The notes beneath the pieces were generated by a model. That model saw nothing but the letters and a program-made list of their open reading frames with translations, was not told where the DNA came from and did no database searches. Of a DNA stretch of 64,000 bases, positions 59,601-64,000 are shown piece by piece. How positions within the stretch are numbered: position 1 is the first letter of the stretch; every line of letters starts with the position of its first letter. The stretch is from Takakia lepidozioides (Eukaryota > Plantae > Bryophyta), in contig CM060732.1 of NCBI GenBank assembly GCA_030704615.1, positions 43,028,001 through 43,092,000 on the forward strand, given 5' to 3'. The translations under genes were made by a program, and so were the position numbers.

Positions 59601-60681
59601 ATGACCCACTATACAAACCTGAAACAAGTCTAGAGTAGTGGGTTTTTTTTTGCAATCCCTTGCACCTCCACCCCCTCAAAGCACTCTACTCCTTCTCAAC
59701 CTTCACCACTCCCTTACACCTCAATGCGATTTACCAAACCTACATCTTGCACTTGTCCTCTCTCATATCAATGAGATCAGCTCTCCTCTACTCAGAAGGC
59801 CTCTAGTGCACCCAGCCCCTCCTTTGCTCCCTGTCACCCTAACTGTTCATTGATTCAATTTCTAGTGTGCCAGCCACAGAAAGTGGCGGTAGTGGCAACC
59901 CAGCCAAAGATCCAATTCTTACAGTCTGTCCATGGTCACATTTGCGTAGTTTGAGTGTGTTGACATGAGCAATCACTCTCAGATATATGCACAATGTGAC
60001 CACTGCGATTTTGTGATTGCTGTGGACGAATCTCCATTTAGCAGATTATTTGACCTTTATACTACTTGATAGAGAGGATTCTATACTTGTGAGGAACTAA
60101 CAATGAGAATGATTGATTTGTCATTTTGTGGGCAAGTTTGTACTCTGCATGATAGAAGGGTGCATGTCTTGAGTTTGTACTCTGCATGTGGGAATCAAGA
60201 AATATACAGATTGTGTTTCCACAACCCTTCTCCACATGGCTAACTTTGGTTGCATACTGTGGGTGATGGAAGGGCCAAATTTCATTGACGAGCTCGATTC
60301 CTATTGCCATCTTCTCAAGGGCTATCATGGGGCACCACTTTCCAAGGACCTCTCAGGTCAAAGGCTAACCTGCAGTTGTGTTCTTCTCTTGCTCTCTTGG
60401 ATAGACAAGAGGAAAACGAATGGGATTATGATTACACACAGTAGCTTGACGTAGTGCCTGTGTCACAAAAGTATTGTCCGCCCAGCTCTATTTTAAAGGA
60501 GATGCACACGGTTGCAGGGACATGGAGCATACATGTTGTACCTCTCCAGAAGGATGTCATAGTCAGAAGCCTTCTGTGGCCTGGGTACTACTTCTACTAC
60601 TCAAGCCTTGGCAAAGACTATGGTTCAGTCTATTTTGGTCTAGGAGAGAAGAACAAGGATCTTGCTTTCTGCGTGCCATAA
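56620..60681 (+). CDS. RSPH9: Radial spoke head protein 9 homolog, 7 exons
   Basis: Exons 56620-56864, 57539-~57690, 58366-58538, 58811-58903, 59414-59528, 60273-60356, 60517-60681. Motifs LWGRIFTATGKDYLLAEG, FSQDGVKWLDL, ERLAGLMKWIDEECGVVP, GTWS, RSLLWPGYYFY, GSVYFGLGEKNKDLAF. Confidence 0.88.
57700..58050 (+). mobile_element. Non-LTR family B, two tandem 3' ends in RSPH9 intron 2
   Basis: TTGTCCCATAAGCTCTTTGAGCTTT occurs at ~57840 and ~58000, each followed by a CATTTC-type tail. Matches 53108-53230 (-). Confidence 0.75.
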
Positions 60682-61009
60682 ACAAATCCTTATATCAAAC
60701 TCCATACATGCCAAACTCCCAGCTCACGGGGTTATTCAATGGGCCTACAATAATCTCCAAGTTCATCCATCCATTCTAATTGTCCAATGAAATGGACAAA
60801 ACCATAACATGGCATATGGCATAGTGACATAGCATACTAGGGGAAGCAACTTGGATCAGGCTTTCAGCTCATCCAAAAAGCCCATTTGAGCAGGTGATTG
60901 ATGCAGAGTAGACACTGTGGGACCTTCCAAAGCATTGTTGGGTAGAAGACACTGACAAGCCAGCATTGTAACCTCTATAAAATTCAGTGGAAGATTCAAA
61001 CACTGGTAA

Positions 61010-64000
61010 TCACAAAATAGTGCTGAGCGGCTCTTCAACTGGCCAACCACGGCATGCAGAGTGGACCTTGGCAAGAATGGCCATGTAGTCACCGGACCTG
61101 TCCACATCATAAACAGGCAGTCACACATGAATCCATATAGAAACCCTTTGTCTCTCTTACCATGCATGTCTTACAATCTCTCAAACTTGATCTAGAACAG
61201 GTAGGCAAACTACAGCAAACATCATTCACTTTAACAGCTCCTAGATGTCCTCATGGCGAAAAGAACACGAGAGCGCGAGAGAGACTCACCTAGATCCGTA
61301 AGGGCCGGAAACGGCTGCAGTGATGGCCTCCTTGGCAGTTGCAGTGTCATTCTGCACCAGCAAGCCTTCCATACTCAGCAGCAATGCAAAAGTAAGATGC
61401 CACAAACCCAGGAATACTTTCATCAATTTCTTGTGACCATCACCCATTGGAGTGTTGCATCCAAAGCTGCACACATAAGAGCAGGTAGATGAGCAATTTT
61501 TTCTGCAACTTCAGCCAGTTGACACTGGTGGTAAGCTGCCCTCAAATTGTGGTCTGTGTTATGTTTTACCACTAGTGGTCAAAACACAAATCCTGTCAAC
61601 AATAAACTGTAAGTCAATATTTGATAGTGAATGTAGAAGAGGGGAGAGGAATGATTGCCACCTGAGATTCATGGTACAAGCCTGCATACAGATGTGCGTA
61701 AAAATAATCATGCCCATTGGCATTTCCAACAGCCAGAAGCTGTCAACAACAACAGTGTCAGAGATTAAGAACTCTGCCATATGAGGACGACATACAAATT
61801 GATGTGACAGGCAAGGACTTCCTCCAAGAATTAGTGCTCCAAGGCTTCTCCCAAAAATGTTCAACTTTTAGCTTGAAAGCAATGCGTGTGCTCCCTTCCA
61901 GACAGGCCATGATGATCTGAACCAGTGTAATGAGTGCCAACCAACATCTTGATATAACACATATCTCATGTCTCCAAACTGACTACATGCAGATCATGGC
62001 TTTCTTTTTCGCCAACCTGTTTGGTATCCCCTCCATCCCTGAAAAGTTCATATGCTTTTCGCATTACAGGCCTGCTGTCTGGTCCAACCTACAGCAAAAG
62101 AAAACAAGCGTACATGATGGTAAGAGGAAAACATTGCAGGAGTGGAGAGTTCTCCAACCGTAGCCAAGGTTAAATTTTAATCACAGTCTTGGATTCCAAT
62201 GGAAATTGAGCAGCCAAAGATCCAACCAAAAAATGCCGACCAGACCAAGCAAGGTGCCCAATATCAAAACATCACTGGGAGACTGCACTGCTTGAATGCC
62301 TCATGACAAAGAACCCCTATTGAGCAAATGCCTGTCCGTTAATCTGAGATTGAACTTTCAGACAAAGCAAAAGGAACCAGCAAGAAAGTGAATGGAAGGG
62401 CACCTTTAGGAAGCGTCTGCGAGCTTCATCTGGCCCATACAGCTGGGCCTCACACAAGAAGCACCAGATTGCCTGTGCTGCCCTTCACCCAACCATTCCC
62501 TGCTTGTCATCCCCCTTTACATACTTGAGTTCTCCAGCAAAACTATGAAACAAGTTATGTCCTGTGCTCCGCCATAGTCTTCCTTTCCTTGAGATTGAAA
62601 ATGGATCCATGATGGGTGAGCTCATCTGTGAGTGTACAAGCTTAAAAACTTAGTCACTTCACCAGTAACCTGTTGTATATCCATCCAACGAGTGGCATTT
62701 GTGCATATTACCCAATGAGTGGCTCCATAAATCTTTTAATTGAAAGGTGTCTAATTGTAGGGATCGTACTACACACAAATGCAGGGGAGTGCGCTTGCCT
62801 CTTCTGTATCATTGGGGTTGACAGCAACATCATCTCTGAACTGTGTGGCCCCTTCTTCAAATCTGCAGCACAAATTGGCTAGATTCATTGAACCCGACGG
62901 TGTCTTCATGAAAAGCCAGGCTACTAACTGCACTGGTGGTGTTTCCTGGTTATAACTGACCGGGAATGTGTTTTGGAGCTACTCAACCCGTCATTAGTGC
63001 CGATGATAGTCATATTATCAGGGAGGTAACATAGTTCTGAATTTCAGTAGTGTTTTGAGGTTTTCCAGGCGAAGACGCTAGAAATAAGCAATAGTCAAAT
63101 GGATCCACCATGCCACCATTGTGCCCCACATTGAGCCCCACAGTTCTAAACACCGATGTAATGGCCATAACAACAAGCTTCCACTGTCATGCACATTGCC
63201 AAATTTCCTTTTTGGCACAAATCTGGTAAAAGCAAATAGTACCTGTTCAGATAATAGAGGGAGAGACCTCGCTGCCATAAATCTACAACAAGCCCACAGA
63301 CAGTCGGTCCCCAAGGTGAGCGTTGAGGCGAAACTTTTACAGTTGTGCAATTCCAGAAGGGTGTCAGTGATCGTTCACTGGGTGAGGCGATGTCTACCAC
63401 CCTTGCAGCAACTGCTAGAAAACAAGGCATAAATGAGAAATTGCTATATGATGACTGCCACGCAAGGATTAACAATCACACATGGCTTTTGTTGGGGGTC
63501 CAGCTCCAGGGCTCTGTCAAATTCTGCCACCGACCCCTTCACATCCCCCTGTGCAAAACATGCCATCAATTAAGATTATGACATACTGGGCAAAGACGGA
63601 CGCAACGAACGCTCTATTCTGCCTCCCGCGCCCACTTAACAGTGGATACCCGAAAAGAAGTGGGATTAACCTGACAGTGGGAGAGACAGAACAAAGAAAA
63701 CCATCGTTCACAAAATTGACAGTCAACTGGCTGGCATTCGAGCAAAATCATAAAGTAACTCTCTTCGCAATGATGCACCTGCGCAAAAAGCTTCATGCCT
63801 CGTCGCGTTGCCAGGAGCGCCTCCTGCGGACTTCCAGCTGTGGTGGCCATAGCCCTCGCTGCAGCGACAGCTACAACAGCCGCCCCCACCCACAAGGCCG
63901 TGCCCACGGCATTGCCCACAAAGACCACTCTTCGCCCAGTACTGCTAGTGCGCAAGGAGGATCGAGATGATGAGGACACTGCCCATGTGAAGGAAGTCAC
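61010..64000 (-). CDS. Plastid-type NlpI-like TPR protein (At3g05625-like); 5' end outside the window
   Basis: Exons >64000-63779, 63548-63482, 63282-63243, 62862-62799, 62472-62404, 62088-62017, 61739-61662, 61351-61290, 61097-61010 give RRGMKLFAQGDVKGSVAEFDRALELDPQQKPYLWQRGLSLYYLNRFEEGATQFRDDVAVNPNDTEEAIWCFLCEAQL..YFYAHLYAGLYHE..DYMAILAKVH. Confidence 0.9.

Overview
Nuclear DNA of a land plant, probably a bryophyte, lycophyte or fern: it has spliced genes, a flagellar radial-spoke gene (RSPH9, implying motile sperm) and PLS/DYW-class RNA-editing PPRs. I reconstructed seven spliced genes by hand: the 3' part of a Q-rich plant protein (<1-3082), Elongin C, PRP8 (26 exons, 2357 aa), LSM12 (with a U12 AT-AC intron), PPDK (20 exons), RSPH9, and a plastid NlpI-like TPR protein running off the right edge. 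The 9-24 kb interval is accessory DNA. It holds a ~7.5 kb decayed array of near-identical PPR P-L-S triplets and three DYW deaminase remnants, each cut just after the HSEKLAI motif. It also holds a ~330-codon decayed unknown ORF with a 224-bp inverted copy, a 106-aa ORF resembling phage T7 gp2.5-type ssDNA-binding proteins, tRNA-headed SINEs and a plastid trnL-UAG copy. Three families of non-LTR retrotransposon fragments, a hAT MITE, a Harbinger-like Myb/SANT remnant and a second long hairpin are dispersed through the window. The best leads are the T7-like SSB island, the PPR array with variable code residues and recurrent DYW truncation, and a LINE family that seems to insert into its own (CT)n tail. 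All protein-family calls rest on recalled motifs, not searches. Repeat boundaries are approximate.
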